IMG/VR virus record: IMGVR_UViG_3300032245_001860
Location: 62,001-126,000 of that record
Reading direction: 5' to 3' (one strand)
Length of the DNA: 64,000 nt
The notes beneath the pieces were generated by a model. That model searched no databases, had not been told where the DNA came from, and saw only the letters and a list, made by a program, of their open reading frames with translations. The translations under genes were made by a program, and so were the position numbers. Each line of letters begins with the position of its first letter. Position 1 is the stretch's first letter. Shown piece after piece: positions 8,264 to 18,366 of this stretch.

Positions 8264-9616
8264 TTATTCGTTGATAGCTCTTACGAATGCAAGCTCTAAT
8301 CTTGTAAGTTTATTATCATATATAGCTGCAGTAGATTGTTTCATGTTTGGTCTCAATCTATTGAATGTTTCAGATATTAATCTGAAATCAGTATTGAAGG
8401 AGTTCTTGAATAAATTTTTATCTGGCAAAGTTGCTTTTCTTTCTAAGTCTGAAATTAATAAATCTAATTCTGCTACATTGCCAGTTCTTTCACTCGGAAA
8501 CTCACTTAATGGAGCGTCAGTAGTAGTTGCAGTTGATGGCTGAGAAGTAGGCCCAGAAGTTGTTTCAGCTGCAGGTGGGTTAGTTGCAGTCTGGATAGCC
8601 ATATTTCTTGCATCTTCTATTTTTTTATCCAAAAGTTTTTTAAGCTTTTGTTTCTTTGCTGCAGAATATCTTGTCGCATCAATTGCAGCTTTAAATTCTG
8701 CTATTCTTGAAGGATCATCACCTATAAATTTATATCCAGCAAGATTTTGTTCAGGGCGTAAACTTTTATGAACATCAGAATCTGTAACAGTTGAATCCAT
8801 GCTCTTGAGTTTAGTAAAAACAATTTTTGCTAAGGCTTCATTGATAGGAGTACCAGGCATGACAGATCTTGTTGGAGGAGTACGTGCTGGAGTAGAGCTT
8901 GCAGAACCTCCTGGATATGTACCTGCTGAACCAATTGCAGCAGCAGCAGCAGCAGCAGGAGAAGCTGGAGAAGGAAGCGCAGGTGCTCCACCTCTGGGTC
9001 TTCTTGCTGTAATAGCAACAGGTGTATTAGCTATACCACCAGGTGTAAAATTAGGATTAGCTTTTTTTGTGATTTCAACTTCAGCTTCTCTCAAATAATA
9101 AATATAATTATAATATTTTGTATTGCCTACATATATTTGAGCTTGAGATTGAGACCAGTCCAAGAAGTTTCCTTGGGCATCAACATTAGAAGCCCGTGCA
9201 AGAGCTGTCATTATTGCTGGTGTTGTACCTGTAGGCGGAGTATATGCAGTGCTCCCTCTGCCAAGCATTCTTTTTGCTACAACTAAAAGCTCTTTTTTAG
9301 CTTCTTTTAATTTATTAGCAAACCCAGTAAAACCAACACCTGCAGCATAAGCGAGATATGAGTTTAAAGCCTTGAAACTTTCATCAATATATTCTTCACG
9401 ATCTTTGAATTTTGTGAGAGATATCATTGATCTATCGAGTGTTCTTCGGAATGAATTTCCAAATCCACCACCAGGTTCTTGCCCTTGCAAAGAAACATCT
9501 CTTTGAGGTTCATCTGCAGCAGTTTTCACCATATTTTTTTCAGTGACATCTGCTGCAGAATATGCTCCAATAGAGTCAAGATGCTTAGCTAATTTAATAT
9601 ACTCGTCAGTATTCAT
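8264..9616 (-). CDS. hypothetical Ala/Pro/Thr-rich protein with N-terminal KLA/KTA tag; putative virion protein
   Basis: MNTDEYIKLAKHLDSIGAYSAADVTEKNMVKTAA; low-complexity linkers. Confidence 0.65.
   Translation of the reverse strand: MNTDEYIKLAKHLDSIGAYSAADVTEKNMVKTAADEPQRDVSLQGQEPGGGFGNSFRRTLDRSMISLTKFKDREEYIDESFKALNSYLAYAAGVGFTGFANKLKEAKKELLVVAKRMLGRGSTAYTPPTGTTPAIMTALARASNVDAQGNFLDWSQSQAQIYVGNTKYYNYIYYLREAEVEITKKANPNFTPGGIANTPVAITARRPRGGAPALPSPASPAAAAAAAIGSAGTYPGGSASSTPARTPPTRSVMPGTPINEALAKIVFTKLKSMDSTVTDSDVHKSLRPEQNLAGYKFIGDDPSRIAEFKAAIDATRYSAAKKQKLKKLLDKKIEDARNMAIQTATNPPAAETTSGPTSQPSTATTTDAPLSEFPSERTGNVAELDLLISDLERKATLPDKNLFKNSFNTDFRLISETFNRLRPNMKQSTAAIYDNKLTRLELAFVRAINE
8937..8957. 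repeat. (GCA)7 microsatellite encoding poly-Ala
   Basis: gcagcagcagcagcagcagca inside the 8264-9616 CDS. Confidence 0.8.
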
Positions 9617-9625
9617 AATTAGTAT

Positions 9626-9652
9626 ATTGCAAAAAAGTTACTGCTTACTCCT
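9626..9652 (-). promoter_or_regulatory. candidate late promoter AGGA-N17-TGCAAT
   Basis: AGGA box with conserved spacing upstream of the 9616 start. Confidence 0.45.
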
Positions 9653-10331
9653 GCTCGTACTCAAAACCAAATTGTTTAAGATACTTCCAATAAGGGTCTT
9701 CTGCTGGCGGTTCTGGTTCTGGGCCAGCTAAAAGTGGAATAACTTCATCTTTAATAAATGATTCAAACCAATTAAGATCCAAATTGAATTTTTGCCACTT
9801 CAAATCACCAAGTAATCTTGCTTTAGAATTGTAATCAATACTAAATTCATTTGGATGGAAGACAAGAAGGCCTGGATCTGTCAAATTATTTAATGACAAA
9901 CAATTTGAATTATCTGGATGAGTCACACCGTAGCAATATGAATGCAATTGTCTGTTGTATTTACCAGCATATTTTTCATTGATTTCACTTGTTTTGAAGT
10001 CTACAATAGCAAAACTACCATCAAGATATTCTAAGTAACCGTCAATTTTACCAATTATTTGAACTGAAATGTCATACTTTGGGTTAATAATTGGCTTTGA
10101 TTTAATCCATTTATCAGAAGTTCTCAAGGTGGCAGCTGGAAGACTTGAAGATATCTTTGTAAAATCTTCATTTGCATATTTATTTTTAATAGCGCTGTCA
10201 ATGATATTAAAAATTTTAGGAAGAATCAGTGGTGGACGTTTGATGCCTGATACATACTTTTGATGAAAAGCCCAAGGAGATTCATCAAACAAGAATGCGA
10301 AATCAGAAGGAGCTATTGTTATTTCTTTCAT
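9645..10331 (-). CDS. PD-(D/E)XK nuclease superfamily protein
   Basis: IIGKIDG...AIVDFKT...YNRQLHSY RecB-type nuclease motifs. Confidence 0.8.
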   Translation of the reverse strand: MKEITIAPSDFAFLFDESPWAFHQKYVSGIKRPPLILPKIFNIIDSAIKNKYANEDFTKISSSLPAATLRTSDKWIKSKPIINPKYDISVQIIGKIDGYLEYLDGSFAIVDFKTSEINEKYAGKYNRQLHSYCYGVTHPDNSNCLSLNNLTDPGLLVFHPNEFSIDYNSKARLLGDLKWQKFNLDLNWFESFIKDEVIPLLAGPEPEPPAEDPYWKYLKQFGFEYEQE

Positions 10332-10450
10332 TTTGAATCCTTACAATTGGATAAACAATAATACCACACAATTGAAATACGCCATAGGTTTACAAAATGT
10401 TTTTTGTTTGTATAATAAGTTTGATCAAATGATCTTAGAGGTTAACCAAA

Positions 10451-10792
10451 ATGGATGAGACAGTAGAAGTTACAGATGGAGTTTTGGCAGATGGTGAGTC
10501 TGATCGCCCTGCTGTTACTCATGATGAATATCTTGAGTTAGTTTCAATGCGACAAACAGTGCTTGAGCTCAAGGCTCAGAAGGCTGATGTTCTTGAATTT
10601 GTAAATGTTGCTCAGCAGTACGCTGCACAGCTTCAAGGCGCAAATGAGAGACTTGGATTGATCAACGATGCAATCACTGAGAATTCTGAAGCTCTTCAAG
10701 AGCGAATGAAGGAGATTGTTGAGCCATTCAACGTCAGTGGTGAGTTTTCAATTTCTGACACTGAGCCACATTTCATCGTACCTGCAAGCTAA
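10451..10792 (+). CDS. hypothetical acidic coiled-coil protein
   Basis: 113 aa; upstream TATAAT and GAGG RBS; own terminator. Confidence 0.7.
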   Translation: MDETVEVTDGVLADGESDRPAVTHDEYLELVSMRQTVLELKAQKADVLEFVNVAQQYAAQLQGANERLGLINDAITENSEALQERMKEIVEPFNVSGEFSISDTEPHFIVPAS

Positions 10793-10807
10793 GCTGCCAT
10801 TGAAAAC

Positions 10808-10835
10808 AAAAAGGTGGAGAAATCCACCTTTTTTT
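10808..10835. terminator. bidirectional intrinsic terminator
   Basis: aaaaaggtgga-gaaa-tccaccttttttt. Confidence 0.85.
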
Positions 10836-10837
10836 AT

Positions 10838-11116
10838 TTAACATCTTATTATTGGATAAAACTCTTCATTCGTGATCAAACCGACATTTTTTGATAAATC
10901 AATTGAGATATCCCATAATCTTGTAAACATGACTCTTTCTCTTTTGATTTCCAAATAATCAGAAACACATTCTACAAAAAAATCATTAAGTTTCCACATT
11001 TCTGGAACTTGATCTAAATAAGAAATCATATTTAAAGTTTGTTTCAAATATGAAATATATGGGTGATTTGCAAAGTCTTCATCATCTCTGAAATCAACAA
11101 TAATAATTCTGCTCAT
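10838..11116 (-). CDS. hypothetical protein
   Basis: 92 aa ORF directly after the RusA-like gene. Confidence 0.6.
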   Translation of the reverse strand: MSRIIIVDFRDDEDFANHPYISYLKQTLNMISYLDQVPEMWKLNDFFVECVSDYLEIKRERVMFTRLWDISIDLSKNVGLITNEEFYPIIRC

Positions 11117-11119
11117 AAA

Positions 11120-11671
11120 CTATCCCTTAATTGTTTTAGCTTTTTTCTTAGCTTCCTTTATTGCTTCCTTTTCATTTTTTTCATTTCTATAAGCTTCTTT
11201 TGGATGCTTATATCTTTTTACTTCAACTTCTATTCTTGGATTTTCTTTATCATAATGGATCATATGTTCGTCATTATCAACCCAATGGATCCACATGTCA
11301 TCCTTGATGATTCCATGAGCTTGAATGATGTCTCCATTAGCTTGTTGGTATCCACATTCATCACCAACAATCCAAGAGTCTAAATAAACTTTCAACTTGA
11401 TAGAAACACCGAAATCTAAGGGTTCTAATCCTTCATTTTTCCATACTGATTCACAGTATTCTTTGCAGTGCTTTTCATATTTTTCATAAAGCAATGAAGG
11501 TAAAATTTTAGTAAATCCACCACGTCTTACTACTCTTTGTGATGTTTTTTTAGTTGAAGGTCGGCCAGGTATTGTAAATCTCAAAATCAATTCATGATTT
11601 TCTAAGTTTTCTAAAGCCTTTTGTTTATCTTCTTGACTTGATAAATCAATTCGATATTGTAAATGTTCCAT
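11120..11671 (-). CDS. RusA-like Holliday junction resolvase
   Basis: FTIPGRPSTKK...GDIIQAHGIIKDD...YDKENPRIEVEV; ATG at 11671 with TATAAA 7 nt upstream. Confidence 0.7.
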   Translation of the reverse strand: MEHLQYRIDLSSQEDKQKALENLENHELILRFTIPGRPSTKKTSQRVVRRGGFTKILPSLLYEKYEKHCKEYCESVWKNEGLEPLDFGVSIKLKVYLDSWIVGDECGYQQANGDIIQAHGIIKDDMWIHWVDNDEHMIHYDKENPRIEVEVKRYKHPKEAYRNEKNEKEAIKEAKKKAKTIKG

Positions 11672-11688
11672 TACAATATTTATACATA

Positions 11689-12570
11689 TCAATAAGTGAT
11701 AGCTGATGTTCTTCTAAACATGGTAGCGAAGTTAACTCTTGCAGTAATTGTTTGATTTGCACTAATAGATAAATCAACAGTGGGTAAGAACATAAAATCA
11801 CCCAAGTTGATTGTCTTATCAAAAATTCCAGTTGAGTTTCTGCTGAGTATTTTTACAAACAAACTATTTTTAGCAGCTGTAAAGACACCTGGAGTTTGTG
11901 CATTATAAAGCTTTAACACTTCATATTGGTCTGGAGTCAATACTAAGGTTACATCACCAGTTACTGTATATCCATGAATAGAATATAATGGATTTTGATT
12001 TCCGTAAAAATTGTTAGATCCTGGGACATAATAATTTTTATCATTTAGAACAGAAATATTAAAGTTACCCTGTTTTATAAGATAATTTTCACCAAACATT
12101 CCAAACTGCACATCATAAAATTTAACTAATCTGGCAATAAAATCATAGTTTGGAGCATATGTCTTGAAGTTGGAGGCATCATCAAAACCTTTCCAACTTT
12201 CTAAAGATGTTGTGCAACTTGATGATTCCGCAGAAAAATTTAACTGAGCCCCTTGCATAACATAATTAAATTGATCAATATCAGCAGTCCCATAAATTGG
12301 CTCTTGAATCAAACTAAGAAAGTTTAATACTAAATCAAAAGTATCATATAATAAATTTTTAGGTTCTATCAGTAATATTGGACAGTTTAAATTGTATTGA
12401 TAGTATGTTGGAGCAATATCAACAACATGATTACCAATATCTCCCTGAATATGTCTCTTATCAGATACTGCTTGATTTAATGTTTCATTGTAAGACTGCA
12501 GAATAGTTGGCAATCCTCCAATTGTGATCACATACCAAGTACTAAAATAATCTGCTGGCATTATTGGCAT
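11689..12570 (-). CDS. putative tail-tube-like structural protein
   Basis: Beta-rich composition; paralog of 12570-13607 (DFIARLVKFYDVQF versus DFIARTAKNYDVRF). Confidence 0.4.
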   Translation of the reverse strand: MPIMPADYFSTWYVITIGGLPTILQSYNETLNQAVSDKRHIQGDIGNHVVDIAPTYYQYNLNCPILLIEPKNLLYDTFDLVLNFLSLIQEPIYGTADIDQFNYVMQGAQLNFSAESSSCTTSLESWKGFDDASNFKTYAPNYDFIARLVKFYDVQFGMFGENYLIKQGNFNISVLNDKNYYVPGSNNFYGNQNPLYSIHGYTVTGDVTLVLTPDQYEVLKLYNAQTPGVFTAAKNSLFVKILSRNSTGIFDKTINLGDFMFLPTVDLSISANQTITARVNFATMFRRTSAITY

Positions 12571-13607
12571 TATGATAACTTTCCTCTTGCATAGTCTAAA
12601 AGTGGTTGCAATTCAGGCGTATTTGAATTGTGTAAATAATTAGTCAAGATTGTATTCAAACTTGCTATTGACGATGGACTTAAATTATTTATGTAATATG
12701 CCCATCTTGCAGGGGTTATTCCAGCTCCTAATCTTGCAAAAGCAGTGAATGAAATATTTATTGTATTAGTTGACATATTTGCATCAATTTTTCTTGTGTA
12801 ATTAGATTTTATAGATGCTTGCCCTAATTCTAAATATCTATCACCCACCAATAATGAACAGTTGCCCTCAACAGGAATAGAATCATAAGAATCATGTCTT
12901 GCAAATATTTCAAAGCTTCCTGTCAAGTTGTGTGTTTGTGGAGAGAAAAATGGGTATTGATATCCAGTATTTGCTATGTATACTTCTGAATAACCAACAT
13001 TGATATTTATTGTTCCGTTTTTAATATAATATTCATTGCCGTCAATATAAAATCTGACATCGTAATTTTTAGCAGTTCTTGCAATGAAATCTTCACCACT
13101 ATTATTTGTAACTGGCAAATCTATAGTGAATTTGGTGTCGTAACTACAATTATAACCTAAAGTACATGAAACATTACTTCCAATTGTTATTTGAGCAGAA
13201 GTAAGTAAATTTTTATTAGCTATTGTCAATCCAAGTTGCGCAAGAATATATTGAAGCCATTCTAAATTGTCAACATTGTAAATATCTTCTACTGGATAGA
13301 AAAAGAAATTTAACAGCAAATAATAATCATCAATTAATAAATCAAATACATCTTTATATGTAACTGTTGTAGTTTCAAGATCCTTAATTATTAAAGCATC
13401 ACCATTAACTGTAATTTTATCTTTTCTGCCAAGCTGATCTATAACTAATGTTCCAGCCTCACCTTGAATTAAGTCTTTAGGAGATATAGATAAGTCAGAA
13501 TTGTTGGTTACACTATTTGCAAGTATATAAGATGTACCAGAAACATTAGTAAGTGCTGTTTTTAGAAAATACCAAGACCCGATATATCTTGAGTCTATAA
13601 TGGCCAT
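12570..13607 (-). CDS. putative tail-tube-like structural protein
   Basis: Beta-rich, Thr/Asn-rich; YYIKNGTININV...PFFSPQTHNLTGSFEI pattern; paralog of its neighbour. Confidence 0.4.
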   Translation of the reverse strand: MAIIDSRYIGSWYFLKTALTNVSGTSYILANSVTNNSDLSISPKDLIQGEAGTLVIDQLGRKDKITVNGDALIIKDLETTTVTYKDVFDLLIDDYYLLLNFFFYPVEDIYNVDNLEWLQYILAQLGLTIANKNLLTSAQITIGSNVSCTLGYNCSYDTKFTIDLPVTNNSGEDFIARTAKNYDVRFYIDGNEYYIKNGTININVGYSEVYIANTGYQYPFFSPQTHNLTGSFEIFARHDSYDSIPVEGNCSLLVGDRYLELGQASIKSNYTRKIDANMSTNTINISFTAFARLGAGITPARWAYYINNLSPSSIASLNTILTNYLHNSNTPELQPLLDYARGKLS

Positions 13608-16198
13608 TATTCTACTCCAGAGCCACGTTCTTGAATCTGAGACAACATTTCAGGACTTATATTTACAATCAATCCTCTAAGTTCAGCAAAAGATGGTCTG
13701 ATTTTTCCATTTTCAATTAATTTTTTGAGCTCTTCCAAATCATTAATTTTTCTTCCAATTTTTCCCGAAGATAATGTTTGGTCTACATGTTGTTTAAACT
13801 CATAAAGAGGTGATGAATATAAATTTTTGATTTCATTTCTTATATCTTCAAGTTTTTTTCTTGTAACTTCATCACCCTTAACAGCCAATTGTTGAGATAA
13901 AAATGTTTCTCTTTCTCTAAGCTGATTAAACCTGGTTTGATGATTCCACATAGCTTGCCTATTGAATCCATTATTGTAGAAACCTGGTTCAGCGCCATTA
14001 TCTTTTGAGACAAAATCTGTTTTAGCTTGAACTAAACCCTCTGACAATTTGATATTAACAATAGCACAATCAACTAATTTGATACATCTATTTACATGAT
14101 CATCAAAATATTCTTTGATTGCATCGATATCAGTTATTCTTTTCAACTCTGTGGTTGGTGTGCAGTTTGCTTCGATCATCTTCATAGCCTTGCAGCCAAC
14201 ATTCTCTCTGCATTCTGTGGATTTGTAGATGATGTTTGCAGCGTCAAGTTTTCTCATTAGATTAGAAGGATAGTCTAAATCAGTGTCGTCCAAAGACAAA
14301 GATCTGGTTCCAAGCATGTCAGCAATGATGTCAGTAGTGAACATCTTCCATTCAGTCTTGAGTTTATAAAATTCATATTCTCTACAAGGTCCTATAGGTG
14401 CACAAATATATCTTGCTGGACCACCTTTTGCTTTTGGATATTCATAAATTGGAAGAGTTCCAGAAGGTCTCACCCATGGTCTGCCTTTATCTTGGATTTT
14501 CTTTTCCATGGTTAAGCGAATACCAAAATATTCACCAATAAACATCACTCTACGTTCAATAATAGGTTTTCTAATTATTGTGCTTTGAACTTCTCCATTT
14601 TCATCTGGCTCTGATAATGTTTCTTCTTCTTCAAAACCAACTAAAACATCACAAGGAAGCAAAAAGTCAATTTCAAATCTATCTGTTGAAGTTGGATTAT
14701 CTACAGGACAAGGTATTTTAACTGGAAAAGGTATAGGATCTAAATTGTAAAGTTCTCTTAATACTTTACACATATTCATTTCTTCATTAGAAAGAAATTT
14801 CAAATCAAATTCTTTGTATCTTGTGTCCTCAGGTTTTTCATATGCCTTACCAAGAATTTCTGCCACTGCTGGACACCCTGCGTCTCTTAAATCTTTTCTA
14901 AATGCAGCCAATTTAGTGGATGGGTCAAAAACATCAGCAGTAGATCCAACTACCACTAATTGCTTGTAATAATATCTTATTTTAGTACCATAACTATCAT
15001 TTGCATCTCTTGTAAGTACAGGAGTTTCTTCAATAGTTTCTACTTCTTGTTGCTTATCTAATTCAATCTGCTCTCTGGTTCTTTTCTGTCTTCTTGGACC
15101 TTTTTTTATCTTAATCCCTAAGACATCAAAAATTCTTTCATTATCATAACCATTTTCAATACATTCTTTTAATTTTGATAATGCATAAATTCTTTTATCT
15201 TGATCAGTTTCAAGTTTTCTGCCATTTTCATCAGTGTCAGGATAGAAATAATAGAAGATATCATCCTTGGTAGCTCTTTCAAGTGTAGATGGTTTTTCAG
15301 TTGGCAATCCAGGATCTGAAACTTTTCTTCTTCTTAAATCCTGCGGAACATCAATAATGTCATATTCAGGAAATGATCTTAATATCAAAGCAAGATTCCA
15401 TTGTATTCTTAAATTTTCAGGAATCAAAGCTGCCCATTCTTCTCTGTTTTCAATATCAGGATGGATTTCAAGAATTCTATTCCAAATTCTATTTTTAGAA
15501 TTGAGCATCATCACTTTTGTTTCAAGTGCTGAAATTGCTTGTTTAATTTCTTGTGATTGTACTGGATTCAATACAATTTTATCATTTTGTGCTATTTCTT
15601 GTTCTGAGTTTTGTAATATGAAAATCATTTGTTCCATAGTGAAATCAGGATTAAATAATTTTGCTGCAGTGAAAATTTCATTCCACCAATTTTTAACTTC
15701 TAATTTTCTTTTTAAAACTTCAATAGAAATGAAATTTCTAATAGCCGTAATTTCTTCTGGGTTTTTATATTCTAATAAAGGAGCGACAAGTTCTGGAGAC
15801 CTTGCTTCAACTCTGTGTAATTTGATGAGTTGAGGAATGAATACAGTACCAGCTCTTTGTAGTAACTTATCTATTATGCTATTTACAACAGCATCAGTAG
15901 GAAGAGTTGATCCTTCAGCTCTGATCAGATCACCAGCTAATTTTCTGAGGTTAACAATTGCGCCTCTATAACTTTCAAGAAAAGCAAAATCTTTATCAAC
16001 TTCTATTTGTTTATCAGCAAGCAATTTGTAAACTGTTTGTTCTGATATTTGGCCCTTTGCAAATTGTTCACCAATTTTTTCATCAAGCTGTTTTGAAATA
16101 TATGCTACTTTTTCTTCTAAAGTATTGCCAGGAATTTCATTGGGCTTGGTTTTAGGATTGATATCAACAGCTAATTTGATTTTCTTATAGTTAAACAT
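13607..16198 (-). CDS. large tagged hypothetical protein with a possible PD-(D/E)XK-like domain
   Basis: 863 aa; MFNYKKIKLA tag; FEIDFLLP...FIGEYFG...YKLKTEWK. Confidence 0.55.
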   Translation of the reverse strand: MFNYKKIKLAVDINPKTKPNEIPGNTLEEKVAYISKQLDEKIGEQFAKGQISEQTVYKLLADKQIEVDKDFAFLESYRGAIVNLRKLAGDLIRAEGSTLPTDAVVNSIIDKLLQRAGTVFIPQLIKLHRVEARSPELVAPLLEYKNPEEITAIRNFISIEVLKRKLEVKNWWNEIFTAAKLFNPDFTMEQMIFILQNSEQEIAQNDKIVLNPVQSQEIKQAISALETKVMMLNSKNRIWNRILEIHPDIENREEWAALIPENLRIQWNLALILRSFPEYDIIDVPQDLRRRKVSDPGLPTEKPSTLERATKDDIFYYFYPDTDENGRKLETDQDKRIYALSKLKECIENGYDNERIFDVLGIKIKKGPRRQKRTREQIELDKQQEVETIEETPVLTRDANDSYGTKIRYYYKQLVVVGSTADVFDPSTKLAAFRKDLRDAGCPAVAEILGKAYEKPEDTRYKEFDLKFLSNEEMNMCKVLRELYNLDPIPFPVKIPCPVDNPTSTDRFEIDFLLPCDVLVGFEEEETLSEPDENGEVQSTIIRKPIIERRVMFIGEYFGIRLTMEKKIQDKGRPWVRPSGTLPIYEYPKAKGGPARYICAPIGPCREYEFYKLKTEWKMFTTDIIADMLGTRSLSLDDTDLDYPSNLMRKLDAANIIYKSTECRENVGCKAMKMIEANCTPTTELKRITDIDAIKEYFDDHVNRCIKLVDCAIVNIKLSEGLVQAKTDFVSKDNGAEPGFYNNGFNRQAMWNHQTRFNQLRERETFLSQQLAVKGDEVTRKKLEDIRNEIKNLYSSPLYEFKQHVDQTLSSGKIGRKINDLEELKKLIENGKIRPSFAELRGLIVNISPEMLSQIQERGSGVE

Positions 16199-16234
16199 TT
16201 TTGATTCTCGAAAGACTTTTGAGGTTATTCAATT

Positions 16235-16260
16235 TTTCTTTTATAGAAGTGTTGCATCCT
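16235..16260 (-). promoter_or_regulatory. candidate SigH-like late promoter AGGA-N17-AGAAA
   Basis: Exact motif and spacing upstream of the operon starting at 16198. Confidence 0.55.
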
Positions 16261-16311
16261 TCAAAGAAGAATAAAGAGGTACAGACGTTTGTTTTTTTGG
16301 AGGAAATAACA

Positions 16312-17160
16312 ATGACGTTATCTTTAAAATTATTGCTCACAATGAAGTCTGCAATATTAGCTATGTTTGTTTTGACAACAAGCAAACCTTCGTATTATGT
16401 TTATTTAAATAATCCAGAAACACTTACATCTACTGGAATTTTACATAAAAAAACATTTGATAAAAATTCCCATGTAAGATATTTCTTTCATTATGTAAAT
16501 GGCACTGATAAATCTCAAAAATTTACAATCAAAAACAAAGAGGTTGTCAATAATTTCAAAAAATCTATAAATACTGATGAAAGACCTGAATTTGCTGGCG
16601 CAAAATCTGTCAAGAACTTTCTAAACGCAGATACACAAAATTGCAAAATTAATATTTCTTCTAATGTAAATCCTGATGAAACTATTTCTGGTATTTTAGA
16701 GGGAGATTTTCAAAAGGGCGATTGTATTACTTATAAGTTTGGAAATGATAACTTAAATTTAGATAGTTTTGATATTTACCAAGAAAAGTATAACTTTGAT
16801 ATTCCGATTAATATTGGATATGACTCTGTTGTTCAATTTAGATTAGGTGGCGGAATAGACAATACTGTTAAAGGTCAGTACGGTTCTAATGTAAATATTG
16901 TTGTGAATCCAAAAGAAACTGGTATTTTAAAGATGTCATTTTCTCCTCGTGGCGGGGCTGGGTTGCTTGTTTTTTCCAATAGAGGTAAAATATTTATAAC
17001 AAAACTAATGCCAGCATTTAAGAAATATGATGTTTTCATGATTAGTGTTGAAAAAGGTAAAAAAGAAACATTTACTTTTATCCCCTGTGGTGGATTGAAT
17101 TATCCCATTAATCTTGATTTTTCTTTACAATCATATGAATTAAATCCTGACATTGCTTAG
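16312..17160 (+). CDS. hypothetical exported protein
   Basis: GGAGG RBS before ATG 16312; hydrophobic N-terminus; YLNNPE motif, beta-rich. Confidence 0.6.
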   Translation: MTLSLKLLLTMKSAILAMFVLTTSKPSYYVYLNNPETLTSTGILHKKTFDKNSHVRYFFHYVNGTDKSQKFTIKNKEVVNNFKKSINTDERPEFAGAKSVKNFLNADTQNCKINISSNVNPDETISGILEGDFQKGDCITYKFGNDNLNLDSFDIYQEKYNFDIPINIGYDSVVQFRLGGGIDNTVKGQYGSNVNIVVNPKETGILKMSFSPRGGAGLLVFSNRGKIFITKLMPAFKKYDVFMISVEKGKKETFTFIPCGGLNYPINLDFSLQSYELNPDIA

Positions 17161-17169
17161 GAGAAAAAA

Positions 17170-17451
17170 ATGTTACCTTTGTTGGTTTTTATTGCTTTCA
17201 CAGTAGGATTGGGATTTTTGATGGGACGCTTTGCAGAATCTAAAGGCTATGGATTCTGGAATTGGTTTTTTGCTTCATCTTTACTTGGAATTATTTGGCT
17301 GGTTGTGATTCCTAATCTTGCAAAAGATATGAGCTTATCTTCAGAAGAAGCAGATCGTAAGAAATCAAGTTCAAATTTAGCTGGTATCATCCTAAGTGTC
17401 ATTGGTCAAGCATTTGCACTAATGCAACTTAGCTCAGCTTTAGGTTCATAA
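17170..17451 (+). CDS. small membrane protein
   Basis: Three hydrophobic segments; AESKGYGFWNWF. Confidence 0.7.
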   Translation: MLPLLVFIAFTVGLGFLMGRFAESKGYGFWNWFFASSLLGIIWLVVIPNLAKDMSLSSEEADRKKSSSNLAGIILSVIGQAFALMQLSSALGS

Positions 17452-17454
17452 ATT

Positions 17455-17931
17455 ATGACAGAACGAAAAGTAAGTGGCACTATTGTAGATGCCAAGACAG
17501 CTCAAGAACAAACAGAAGCTGCATTACGTGAAATTGAAGAGAATAGTGGTAGCGCACACAATTTTCAATATGAAACAGTAACTATTGAACGTGATGGCAA
17601 AATGGTGGAGATTGAAGTTCCATTCGACAACATTGACCTTCTTGATGATTTTGATGATGAAGACTTAACTGAAGAAGGTGAAAGAAGTCTTGGAATCATT
17701 TTTGCTGACCATGACACTACTTCTGGAAATGAAGCAGTCAAGAATGAGAGAGATAGATTGCCATTAGGTAAAATTGACCTCAATAGTCTGAGTGATTATG
17801 TTATTACTTGTCCATTTACAGGAAGCACAGAGGTTTATCAAGTTAGTACTGGAGTTTTTGCCAGTTACAAAACAGATCAACCTTTTAGAGTTGAATTTAA
17901 TTTAGCTGATACAAATCCCGATCATTCTTGA
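17455..17931 (+). CDS. hypothetical acidic protein
   Basis: 158 aa ORF in operon. Confidence 0.65.
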   Translation: MTERKVSGTIVDAKTAQEQTEAALREIEENSGSAHNFQYETVTIERDGKMVEIEVPFDNIDLLDDFDDEDLTEEGERSLGIIFADHDTTSGNEAVKNERDRLPLGKIDLNSLSDYVITCPFTGSTEVYQVSTGVFASYKTDQPFRVEFNLADTNPDHS

Positions 17932-18170
17932 TCGGGATCTTCCATATCAGAGATAATTCCAAATGCTGGACTTGATAAATCTTTTATCGAGTCCATATTT
18001 TTTTCAATTTCATCAAATCTTTTTTCTAATGTTGACAATCTATTTTTAATATCTTTTGAATGTCTACTGGTAGATTGCAGCACAGCACCACAAATCTCAG
18101 CCAGGTCATTTAGGTCAATTTCTTTTCTGGCAACTTTTTCCATTAATTCATCTAATCTGTTTTGTGTCAT
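17922..18170 (-). CDS. hypothetical coiled-coil protein
   Basis: 82 aa ORF, TAATG-coupled to the upstream ORF. Confidence 0.55.
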   Translation of the reverse strand: MTQNRLDELMEKVARKEIDLNDLAEICGAVLQSTSRHSKDIKNRLSTLEKRFDEIEKNMDSIKDLSSPAFGIISDMEDPDQE

Positions 18171-18364
18171 TATTTTCTCAATCTTGGTCTTGGAAAATTA
18201 GAATTGTTTCCTGATTCTGGAGCAACACTAATTAATTGTATTAGGTTATCTATTTTTTGTTTGGCTTCAGCAGCTTCATCATATTCTGTTGCAGCTTCAG
18301 CAATTTTAGCTCTAATAGCGTATAATTCGACTAATAACATATCTCTGTCAATATTTATATTCAA
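18170..18364 (-). CDS. hypothetical protein
   Basis: 64 aa ORF; start may be ATG 18340. Confidence 0.5.
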   Translation of the reverse strand: MNINIDRDMLLVELYAIRAKIAEAATEYDEAAEAKQKIDNLIQLISVAPESGNNSNFPRPRLRK

Positions 18365-18366
18365 TT

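Noticed and set aside
8937-8957. Phase-variation tract
   Set aside because: A triplet repeat in a low-complexity linker; length changes would keep the reading frame.
9645-10331. Cas4 or a CRISPR-Cas locus
   Set aside because: The protein lacks the Cas4 four-Cys Fe-S pattern, and no repeat-spacer array or other cas genes were seen.
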